Below are positions 1-7,499 of a stretch of DNA of 64,000 nucleotides, in pieces. The stretch is from an uncultured Candidatus Saccharibacteria bacterium. GTDB taxonomy: Bacteria > Patescibacteriota > Saccharimonadia > Saccharimonadales > CAZJQT01. Numbering within the stretch: position 1 is the first letter of the stretch; each line of letters starts with the position of its first letter. The stretch covers positions 6,743-70,742 of the forward strand of contig CAZWRJ010000003.1 of the NCBI GenBank assembly GCA_964636215.1, written 5' to 3'. Both the position numbers and the translations under genes were made by a program. The notes beneath the pieces are model-generated. The model searched no databases and was not told the origin of the DNA. It was given only the letters and a program-made list of their open reading frames with translations.

Positions 1-1
1 A

Positions 2-469
2 GCTGATCAGTGGGTGGATAAGAAAGATCTACATTGCCAGTTGGCCATAGGACACAGCGGAGACTCTAGAGTTATTCTCTGTAAACCCACAACTATGATG
101 AATTTAAGCGGCAAAGCTGTACAAGCTGTACAACATTTCTATAAGTTAAGTAATCGAGATACGGTGGTTGTGCACGACGAACTAGATATAAATTTTGGCC
201 AGATTCGCTGCAGGATAGGGGGTAGCGATGCGGGGCATAACGGAGTGGCCTCGATTATCGAACAAGTTAGTGAAAATTTTGGTCGAGTTCGTATCGGTAT
301 TGGTCCGAAAACCCCGGATGAAATGGATAGTGCAGACTTTGTTCTAGCTAAGTTTTCCGAGGCTGAGAAAAAACAGTTGTCAAACTTAAACAAAGAGACA
401 GTAGCGCTACTTACCGAACGAATCGCCTCCGGCCAATTACCACACGACACCCGAACGTTTTTGGTCTAG
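2..469 (+). CDS. pth: peptidyl-tRNA hydrolase, 5'-truncated at window edge
   Basis: The frame is open from base 2; the track ORF at 14 begins on GTG. The sequence MNLSGKAV...HNG...IGIGP matches the Pth core, and the conserved N-terminal region of Pth is missing, so the gene starts upstream of the window. Confidence 0.85.
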   Translation, partial: ADQWVDKKDLHCQLAIGHSGDSRVILCKPTTMMNLSGKAVQAVQHFYKLSNRDTVVVHDELDINFGQIRCRIGGSDAGHNGVASIIEQVSENFGRVRIGIGPKTPDEMDSADFVLAKFSEAEKKQLSNLNKETVALLTERIASGQLPHDTRTFLV

Positions 470-478
470 ACAAAAAAA

Positions 479-521
479 GAGCCTCCAGAGGGGGTGGGCA
501 CCACTGGAAGCTCATTTTTGG
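479..521 (+). terminator. Rho-independent terminator after pth
   Basis: An A-run is followed by a stem gagcctccag/ctggaagctc (9 of 10 bp paired, 15-nt loop) and then atttttgg. Confidence 0.55.
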
Positions 522-529
522 ACACCTGT

Positions 530-1019
530 TATCTCGCAAAAGCGAAACACGTGTCCGGAAAAAACCCTTCAAGCCCACCCAGTGAAGCATCGGACATTTA
601 AACTCTAAAGTTGCCGTGCCTCTGACCGAAGTCAGAATCTTTGGGACTCACTTTATAAACGGGACCCACCAAAACGGGGTTCTTATCTCGTGAGAGATAA
701 GAGGTCTTAAAGGGGTTAGTTTGTCTTAGAGCGCTTCTGGCAGAAGCCAGGCGCACAAAGAGAAGTGGAGGGTAACAACTTTTCATATGGCACGCTCTAA
801 AACAATCTAACAATATTGTCTAGCAATACTGCTAGAATAGGGGTATAAGGTGCAAAAACGCGGTAAACCACGTTTACGAGTTGCAATTTTAGCAAATACG
901 TTTCATTATGTCAATACTTCTTAATGTTTTCGTATGAAAGTCAATAAGCTTAAGCGGCAAAATTAAATCCTTGGGCGCTGGCCATTGGGGTATTGCTTAA
1001 ATAGCGTTAGAATTTAGGT
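530..1019. ncRNA. candidate structured RNA or long leader, unclassified
   Basis: This ~490-nt non-coding gap sits in a compact genome. Perfect hairpins with 4-nt loops lie at 533-544 (tcgc-aaaa-gcga), 622-635 (ctgac-cgaa-gtcag), 681-702 (tcttatctc-gtga-gagataaga) and 737-750 (ctggc-agaa-gccag). The strand is not determined. Confidence 0.25.
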
Positions 1020-1190
1020 ATGGAAACCAAACACTACATTTATATAGGCCTTTTTGTCGGTTCGATAGTAGGCGGGCTACTTGGCTCGATACTTGATCAC
1101 GGCAATGGATTGGGGTTTTGGAGCTTTGCGCTCGGCACCGTTGGATCGTTCGTCGGCATCTGGGCTGGCTATAAGCTCGGCAACAGTTAG
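1020..1190 (+). CDS. small glycine-zipper membrane protein (56 aa), GlsB/YeaQ/YmgE-like; not in the ORF track
   Basis: An ATG at 1020 follows aggt and reads METKHYIYIGLFVGSIVGGLLGSILDHGNGLGFWSFALGTVGSFVGIWAGYKLGNS to TAG at 1188. The protein has two hydrophobic helices with GxxxG repeats, and TAGAAT -10-like boxes lie at 1008 and 1190. Confidence 0.5.
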   Translation: METKHYIYIGLFVGSIVGGLLGSILDHGNGLGFWSFALGTVGSFVGIWAGYKLGNS

Positions 1191-1261
1191 AATTTGCATT
1201 TACCAGAAAATCAAGTTAGTCTTACTTGCTGTTAATTGATAAATAGGTAAACTTAAACTTA

Positions 1262-3547
1262 ATGGCGAAAAACCTAGTTATTGTTGAGAGCCCCGCCAAA
1301 GCCAAAACTATTGAGAAATTTTTAGGTAGCGCTTACACGGTTAAGAGCAGCTTTGGACATGTCCGTGACTTGCCTAAGAAGGGCCTCAATATTGATATTG
1401 AAAAACACTTTGAACCAACTTATGCGGTGTCGCCTGATAAGGAAAAGGTTATCAGGGAGCTGAAGACTGCAGCCAAGGGTGCCACTGTCTGGCTGGCAAG
1501 TGATGAAGACCGCGAAGGCGAGGCTATAGCCTGGCATCTTTGCGAAGCCCTGAATCTAAGTCCTAAGGTCACTAAACGAATTGTTTTCCATGAAATTACC
1601 AAAACGGCTATAGATCGAGCTGTAGCCAACCCCAGAACTGTCGATATGCGTTTAGTGGATGCTCAGCAAGCCCGACGAATTTTAGACCGTTTGGTAGGTT
1701 ACGAACTAAGTCCGGTGCTTTGGAAAAAGGTTAGAACCGGTCTGAGCGCCGGCAGGGTACAGTCGGTAGCTGTTCGTCTGATTGTCGAGAGAGAACGAGA
1801 AATCAAAGATTTTAAGGCTGAGGTTTCTTTCAAGGTAATCGGCAGTTTTAAGGCTGGCTCTGATGAGTTTGAGGCAGAGCTGGATAGTCGATTCAAAGAC
1901 GTCGCCAGGACCAAGGATTTTCTGAATGCGGCCGCTAAAGCCACTTTTACAGTTAAGGGTATTGAACAAAAGCCCGCTACTCGCAGCCCTGGTCCGCCGT
2001 TTACTACTAGTAGTCTGCAACAAGAAGCTGCTAGGCGACTGGGATTCAGCGTTAAACAAACTATGTCCTTAGCTCAGAGGCTTTATGAAAGTGGTCATAT
2101 TACCTATATGCGCACTGACAGTCTAACGCTGTCTAACCTAGCTCTAGATGCTGCAGCCAAATACATCGAGAAGACTTTTGGGGCAAACTATCATCAAACC
2201 AGACAATACAAAACTAAGGACGCTAGTGCTCAAGAAGCTCATGAAGCCATTCGACCGACACATTTCGATAAACTAAAGGCGGGTGGTGACGAGCAACAGA
2301 GTAAGTTATATGAGCTGGTTTGGCAGCGAACGGTAGCCAGCCAGATGGCTGATGCCAAGGTTGATCGTACTGAAATAGGCATAGTTGTTAGCAATCGCTC
2401 CGAGCTGTTCGTTGCTAAGGGCGAGGTGCTGCGTTTTGATGGCTTCTTCAAAGTCTATGGTGGTGGCAAAGACGACGTTATCTTGCCTACACTCAAAGAA
2501 GGTCAGAAGCTCGATCTCAAATTAATGACTGGGCTTCAGACTTTTAGCCGTCCACCAGCGCGTTATTCGGAAGCCAGCCTAGTTAAGAAGTTAGAAGAAT
2601 TAGGTATTGGCCGGCCTAGTACTTATGCGCCAACAATTTCAACTATTCAAACCCGCGGTTATGTCGAGAAAGGTGACTTGGAAGGTCAGACCCGACAAGT
2701 TACCAAATTAGAGTTAAAATCCGGGAAAATTAGCGAGTCCGAAACCACTGAGACTTATGGCGCTGACCGAAGTAAATTACTGCCTACACCAGTAGCTGAG
2801 ATAACAACTGACTTTTTGGTCAAATATTTCGGTTCAATACTGGACTATGATTTTACGGCCAAAGCAGAGCTAGATTTAGATGCCATAGCTGAGGGCAAGG
2901 AGTCTCGTGAACGCATGCTCAGTGATTTTTATAAACATTTTCATCCTTTAATAAAGAAGTCAGAGTCAGTTAGTCGAGAAGAGACCAGTCAAGCTAGACA
3001 TCTAGGCAAAGACCCAGGATCTGGTAAGCCAGTCATTGCTCGCTTTGGTCGCTACGGACCGATGTTACAGCGCGGTGAAACCGAGAGCGAAGAAAAGCCA
3101 GACTTCGCGCCATTGCCAGAAGGCACTACTCTGGAAGACGTTAATCTTTCTCAAGCACTAGAAATGTTCAAACTACCAAGGGTGGTGGGACAGACTGTTG
3201 ACGGACAAGAGATTCAGGCTAATATTGGACGATTCGGGCCTTATATCCAAGTCGACAAGCTTTTTGTGTCAATTAAACCTCAAGACCCTATGAAAATAAC
3301 CGAGAAAGAGGCTAGGACACTCTATAAGGCCAAGCTTAAGAAAGAAGCTGAAAAGCACATCCAGACTTTTGATAGTGGCCTACAGGTGCTGAATGGTCCT
3401 TATGGGCCATATGTTAGCGATGGCAAGCGCAATGCCCGTATACCTAAAGAACAAGATCCTAAGAAATTGACTGAAAAGGCGGCCCAAAAGCTGCTTGATG
3501 AAGCCCCAACGACTAAACGGTTTTTCCGTAAGAAAACTGCCTCTTGA
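1262..3547 (+). CDS. topA: DNA topoisomerase I
   Basis: N-terminal TOPRIM (LVIVESPAKAKTI...), RLVGYELSPVLWKK, and length typical of topoisomerase IA. Confidence 0.95.
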   Translation: MAKNLVIVESPAKAKTIEKFLGSAYTVKSSFGHVRDLPKKGLNIDIEKHFEPTYAVSPDKEKVIRELKTAAKGATVWLASDEDREGEAIAWHLCEALNLSPKVTKRIVFHEITKTAIDRAVANPRTVDMRLVDAQQARRILDRLVGYELSPVLWKKVRTGLSAGRVQSVAVRLIVEREREIKDFKAEVSFKVIGSFKAGSDEFEAELDSRFKDVARTKDFLNAAAKATFTVKGIEQKPATRSPGPPFTTSSLQQEAARRLGFSVKQTMSLAQRLYESGHITYMRTDSLTLSNLALDAAAKYIEKTFGANYHQTRQYKTKDASAQEAHEAIRPTHFDKLKAGGDEQQSKLYELVWQRTVASQMADAKVDRTEIGIVVSNRSELFVAKGEVLRFDGFFKVYGGGKDDVILPTLKEGQKLDLKLMTGLQTFSRPPARYSEASLVKKLEELGIGRPSTYAPTISTIQTRGYVEKGDLEGQTRQVTKLELKSGKISESETTETYGADRSKLLPTPVAEITTDFLVKYFGSILDYDFTAKAELDLDAIAEGKESRERMLSDFYKHFHPLIKKSESVSREETSQARHLGKDPGSGKPVIARFGRYGPMLQRGETESEEKPDFAPLPEGTTLEDVNLSQALEMFKLPRVVGQTVDGQEIQANIGRFGPYIQVDKLFVSIKPQDPMKITEKEARTLYKAKLKKEAEKHIQTFDSGLQVLNGPYGPYVSDGKRNARIPKEQDPKKLTEKAAQKLLDEAPTTKRFFRKKTAS

Positions 3548-3630
3548 CGATGTTTTAGAGTAGGTATATAACATTACCTAACATCGTGAGTATCAAGATT
3601 ATTCCGATGGCACTTTGACAGACAGGTAGC

Positions 3631-3680
3631 CATCAGATGAGATATGGGAGTTTTCAAGAACTTCCGCACCTCATCTGATG
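3631..3680. repeat. 11-bp perfect inverted repeat (catcagatgag / ctcatctgatg) with 28-nt spacer
   Basis: Seen directly in the sequence; it lies at the upstream edge of the high-GC island. Confidence 0.6.
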
Positions 3681-3699
3681 CAACGGAAGAGCGACAAAC

Positions 3700-4150
3700 A
3701 CGAGCATAAGACGGTCCCTCTCAAGGACTGGTGGGAAGCCACTGAGGATCAAGGTACACCGACGACAACGGGGGTTACCGCATGCACCGACAGCACACCG
3801 TCACGGCCACTCGCGCCGGCCCGGAGAACACGGGCTTCGCTGACACGGCCAAGTTCATCACGTCGACGGCCAAGAAGGTCTTCGCCACCAAGGTCACCTG
3901 AGCGTCGCCGACGCGTCCTCGTGACGACCCGCATTACCAACCACTAGGTACACCTGGAACCAGCATGATGGTGTGCCGACATGGTCCGTCCATAATCAGT
4001 GCAGCGGCCGGATGGCCAAAGCCTCGGGAGTAGGCCGTGAAGATGGCAGGCAGGTGGTCGTAGGCCAGTGACGGAACGGTTGCGTTTAGGGGCTGTACGC
4101 CCGCATCCCCAACGCCCACCCCGCGCTCAACCCTCAATCCTACCTGTCTG
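3700..4150. other. high-GC compositional island (~60-70 % GC against a mid-40s % background) with no full-length CDS
   Basis: Manual counts on two sub-stretches give 61 % and 72 % GC. Only short GC3-biased ORF fragments are present: the plus-strand 3782-3901 reads MHRQHTVTATRAGPENTGFADTAKFITSTAKKVFATKVT, and the minus-strand 3960-4075 reads ...LAYDHLPAIFTAYSRGFGHPAAALIMDGPCRH.... The track ORFs here are Arg/Pro/Ser low-complexity. Confidence 0.6.
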
Positions 4151-4154
4151 TCAT

Positions 4155-4209
4155 CTTCACTAAATGAGTGTGTACTCATTCTGATGAGTCTAAAAAGACG
4201 AAAGTGAAG
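4155..4209 (+). ncRNA. type III hammerhead self-cleaving ribozyme
   Basis: Stem III is CUUCAC/GUGAAG with U16.1 and A17 at the cleavage site; stem I is AAUGAGU-GUGU-ACUCAUU; the CUGAUGA core is intact. Stem II is GUCU-AAAA-AGAC with the G10.1-C11.1 pair, followed by GAAA and the stem III closure. Confidence 0.8.
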
Positions 4210-4330
4210 TCAAAAATATTGGTTTTCCACATCTTGCACGCCTGACAAGATATTTTATGGTGATATTTCTACACCATGTAATAGGCAAAGGTGTCTATTT
4301 CGTGCTAAAATAAAGTAGATCAAAAAGGTG

Positions 4331-4358
4331 TTGACTTTTTGTACATTTGTTTTACAAT
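4331..4358 (+). promoter_or_regulatory. sigma70-like promoter (TTGACT, 16-nt spacer, TACAAT)
   Basis: Near-consensus hexamers lie about 48 nt upstream of the ATG at 4406. Confidence 0.55.
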
Positions 4359-4405
4359 AGAGTTATCATTTGACTGTTATTAGAGAGCAGGGAAGGATAG
4401 ACCAG

Positions 4406-5443
4406 ATGGCCGAAACGGCTACAGCAGCATTACAGCTGGAAAAAATTGTTACAGACATACTCCGTACCATCGACAGAGAAAGGGAACGCGAGATTATTTC
4501 ACGTCGCTTCGGTTTATTCGATCGAAAGGAAACCCTAGAACAAATCGGGGAATTGTTAGGTATTACCCGTGAACGCGTCCGACAGCTGGAAAAAGCAGTA
4601 GTCGCCCGCCTGAAAGCTCAAGCTGACAGCGGTCAATTGCCACACCTTGGCGCAGTGCAAGACGCTTTTATTGAGAAGCTTGGCCAAATGGGCAGTGTCG
4701 CCCGAGTGGCTGACTTGAGTTCTAAATTCGCTAAGGAAAACAGTCGTACCGATCAATCTCGCACCTCTTTCCTAGCTCAACTATGCCCCAAACTAGTCAC
4801 CGTTGACGAGAACGATTATTATTACCACTCCACCGGCATTAAGGGCCTGCATGACGAGAAAGCTCTAAAACAACTGGTGGAAAAGTTGATTGAAGCTATT
4901 AAAGCGCTTGGTGAACCAGCCAAGATTGACGAAATTGCTGCTAAGGCCGGGCTTGACTCTAACCGTCACGCTGCTGCTTTGGCTAGTATTAGTAAACAGC
5001 TGGCAACTCTTAATGGTCGCTGGGGCTTAGTTAAGTGGCCAATGGTTAATCCTAAGAATATTCGTGACAAAATCTACGTCATACTTAAAGAACACGGCAA
5101 ACACATGCACTTCAATGAAATTGCCCAGGCTATTAAGAAAAGTGACTTTAAGCGTAACAATGTGACTACCCAGGCCATTCACAACGAACTCATTAAAGAC
5201 AAGCGTTTCGTACTAATCGGCCGGGGCATTTACGCTCTGAAGGAATGGGGTTACGAAAAGGGCACCGTAGCCGACATAATTACTGAGGTTCTTAAGAAGT
5301 CCAAACAACCAATGCACCGTGACGAAATTGTTAAGCAAGTGCTTAAGAGCCGCTACGTCAAAGAAACGACTATTTTGTTAAATCTACAAGGCAAGCCACA
5401 GTTCAAACGCGTTGCCAAAGCCACCTACGCCCTAGCAGAGTAA
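4406..5443 (+). CDS. sigma-70 region 4 HTH plus tandem HARE-HTH domain protein
   Basis: The N-terminus ETLEQIGELLGITRERVRQLEKAVVARLK is a sigma region 4 HTH. The C-terminus has two HARE-HTH-like units (...FVLIGRGIYALKEW / ...RVAKATYALAE). The track start at 4370 is a TTG; the ATG at 4406 follows GGGAAGGA. Confidence 0.7.
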   Translation: MAETATAALQLEKIVTDILRTIDREREREIISRRFGLFDRKETLEQIGELLGITRERVRQLEKAVVARLKAQADSGQLPHLGAVQDAFIEKLGQMGSVARVADLSSKFAKENSRTDQSRTSFLAQLCPKLVTVDENDYYYHSTGIKGLHDEKALKQLVEKLIEAIKALGEPAKIDEIAAKAGLDSNRHAAALASISKQLATLNGRWGLVKWPMVNPKNIRDKIYVILKEHGKHMHFNEIAQAIKKSDFKRNNVTTQAIHNELIKDKRFVLIGRGIYALKEWGYEKGTVADIITEVLKKSKQPMHRDEIVKQVLKSRYVKETTILLNLQGKPQFKRVAKATYALAE

Positions 5444-5454
5444 TTAACATCTTT

Positions 5455-6018
5455 ATGTCAGAAATTGGGCACTTGCCTGAACAAGAAGCCAAAAGAGAAG
5501 TTTTTTTGGCTGAGCTTACAGCTTTTATTATTGAAGCAGGTCAGAATGGCTGGGCTGCTGGAGCACCAAAAATAGAAAATCCGCAGAGACCTGGGTTTAA
5601 AGAGTTAACTTATCAGAGTGAGAATGGCGACTGGGAGTATCGAGACAGTTATGCCGGCTATTATATGGCACCTGGATCTTCTGTAGTTTATTTTAGGGAA
5701 CGCCCCGTTTGGTATATGACCTACGGTGGAGAAGGTCAGTTGCCAGAATTTTACGATCAAGCAAAAGAAACTTATGCTTTTCTAAGGCGGGCCCTTATGG
5801 AGCCAGATCTTCGCTTTCCCGTCCGAGGTCCTTTAGTCCACAGAGAAGATAATGATAGAAGATTATACTGGTTTGATTTTAATGGCGATCTTGAACAAGG
5901 CAGCTGGACAGAATCAGTATTATTTGATCATGTTAGGATATTTGGGCAAAGGGGGGATGTTGGCTTGATAATTGATAAGGGTAAAAATAGAGATCCTTTG
6001 TTTCCTTGGGACTTATAA
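5455..6018 (+). CDS. hypothetical protein (DUF5680-like?)
   Basis: A 187-aa ORF lies 12 nt after the preceding gene and shows coding-like composition; the family call is tentative. Confidence 0.55.
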   Translation: MSEIGHLPEQEAKREVFLAELTAFIIEAGQNGWAAGAPKIENPQRPGFKELTYQSENGDWEYRDSYAGYYMAPGSSVVYFRERPVWYMTYGGEGQLPEFYDQAKETYAFLRRALMEPDLRFPVRGPLVHREDNDRRLYWFDFNGDLEQGSWTESVLFDHVRIFGQRGDVGLIIDKGKNRDPLFPWDL

Positions 6019-6275
6019 AACACTGTTTTAATCAGTCTGTACAAAATACGAACATTTAGGTAGCTAGAGAGCTGGGTGGAAGTAAGCGAGTTATAAGCAA
6101 ACTTGGAGAGAGATAGGACGTAGAGGGCAGGAAAATAAAAAAACAAAAACGTAAAACAAAAGTGAAAATAACCGACATAAATCGGGCAGTAGAGCACCAA
6201 CATTGTCCATAGACAAGATGTCGCACAATGTATATTTTACGACTCTATAATAGCGGTTGGAGATGAAGCCTATTA

Positions 6276-6298
6276 CCCCTACTGCAGGGGAGTTTTAT
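6276..6298 (+). terminator. hairpin cccct-actgc-agggg followed by agttttat
   Basis: A stem-loop plus U-run lies in the convergent intergenic region. Confidence 0.35.
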
Positions 6299-6434
6299 CA
6301 CGCCTAGTCTATAAACTAGTTCTATACTGCAGTTTGCTATCTCCATATTAAACCTTGTTTGTCCTGTGCTCGCCTAAGAACGTTGTACGAACTATCAACT
6401 AATACTTTTCCACAGCCATGCCCGTGAAAACATT

Positions 6435-6530
6435 TGCTTTTTCACGTGTTTCATATCGATATTTATTTCTTTCCCTACTACCCTTGCTCCAGCTATTATT
6501 TGACAATTGCCTTTTCACGTGTGTTCATAT
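6435..6530. repeat. two copies of tgcYttttcacgtgt(g)ttcatat (CACGTG core) about 73 bp apart
   Basis: A direct repeat seen at 6435-6456 and 6508-6530 in a 580-bp non-coding gap. Confidence 0.5.
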
Positions 6531-6599
6531 AGTTTTTTTCAAATCCAGTGTTTATAGTAATATGAACAAAAAACGAACTAGCTAGGGCAGCGTAGGGGT

Positions 6600-7490
6600 T
6601 TATTTGTAAAAAACTTTCTCTTGGACTCTTAGGTCTATATAGCTACTGGGAATAGGTCCTTGTTTATTCAGATGCTTGATAGCTGCCAAATAACTCCCTA
6701 CTGCTTGCTGGACATCACTTTCGATATTAAATTTTAGAAAGTAGTCTTTGCCGCCGAGATAAACGTCGACTTCATTAGCCGTTTTGGCTGGAAGCTCTAA
6801 CTTTTTTACATCTTGTTTGACCAACTTTAATTCAGCAGATAATCGAGTTATAAACGTTACTTCGCTAGAAGGCAGATTAGTATCCCCGACCTTTATCTCG
6901 CTACCGGTAGCATCCTCGACAATAGGAGTATTAGCTAACTTGGCAGTCTGTAGATCAGTAGTAGTCGCAAGCACTTTGCCGCCTTGATCTATATAATAAT
7001 TGGTCCCGGAGCTGTCTAGTATCAGAGCCGGTACGGCAGGAGTAAGTCGTACTGTTGGGCGTCTGCCAATCAGGGGTAATTCAACGTCGACTGCTGCTAA
7101 TTCTGGGAAACGGTTTTTAATATCATCCGTTATGGCTCTTGAGTTAATAGTTAGTTTGCTGCGACTAGTCAGAGAATTTGACCACAGCTGTTCAATCTGT
7201 TGCTGATAATCATTAAGATTGCGGTGAACACTACCGGGTCTATTCTCAATAATAATCCTTGGTTGTGTATTTAGTATTAAAGAGTAGCCAATAGCGATTA
7301 TTAGGCCTCCGGCTGCAAGATAGCTTGGCAGTTTATGTAACCAGCTTCGTTTCTGGGGAGTAATCGTCTGATTACGTCCAAGGTTGTCGCTGCTCGTGCT
7401 GCGTTTGGAACGATAGTCGTAAACTGGGGCGTCTGTGCTAAGTTTTTGCGGCTGGCGCCCTTTAAACAGGCTTTTGCGACTAAGTTTCAT
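6600..7490 (-). CDS. ftsQ: cell division protein FtsQ/DivIB-like
   Basis: It has a basic N-terminus, one TM segment and a POTRA-like periplasmic region, and lies directly downstream of murG in the dcw cluster. Confidence 0.65.
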   Translation of the reverse strand: MKLSRKSLFKGRQPQKLSTDAPVYDYRSKRSTSSDNLGRNQTITPQKRSWLHKLPSYLAAGGLIIAIGYSLILNTQPRIIIENRPGSVHRNLNDYQQQIEQLWSNSLTSRSKLTINSRAITDDIKNRFPELAAVDVELPLIGRRPTVRLTPAVPALILDSSGTNYYIDQGGKVLATTTDLQTAKLANTPIVEDATGSEIKVGDTNLPSSEVTFITRLSAELKLVKQDVKKLELPAKTANEVDVYLGGKDYFLKFNIESDVQQAVGSYLAAIKHLNKQGPIPSSYIDLRVQEKVFYK

Positions 7491-7499
7491 ATAGAAAGG

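Noticed and set aside
530-830. RNase P RNA, tmRNA or SRP RNA in the pth-topA spacer
   Set aside because: I looked by eye on both strands for GGAAAGUCC / ACAGAA(N)CCGGCUUA (RNase P), for GGGUUCGAUUCC-type T-arms and a CCA-terminal acceptor (tmRNA), and for GUCCGGAAGGAAGCAGC (SRP domain IV). Only partial chance similarities such as GUCCGGAA and GCGAAAC were found.
3670-3700. Second hammerhead at the CUGAUG inside the inverted repeat
   Set aside because: The sequence is CUGAUGC with no following stem II or GAAA, so the core is incomplete.
3678-4179. Track ORFs 3678-3947 (+), 3749-3940 (-) and 3934-4179 (-) as genes
   Set aside because: The translations are Arg/Pro/Ser/Gly low-complexity, typical of random frames in GC-rich DNA. 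None has a plausible start with an RBS, and they overlap one another. They are treated as non-coding or gene debris.
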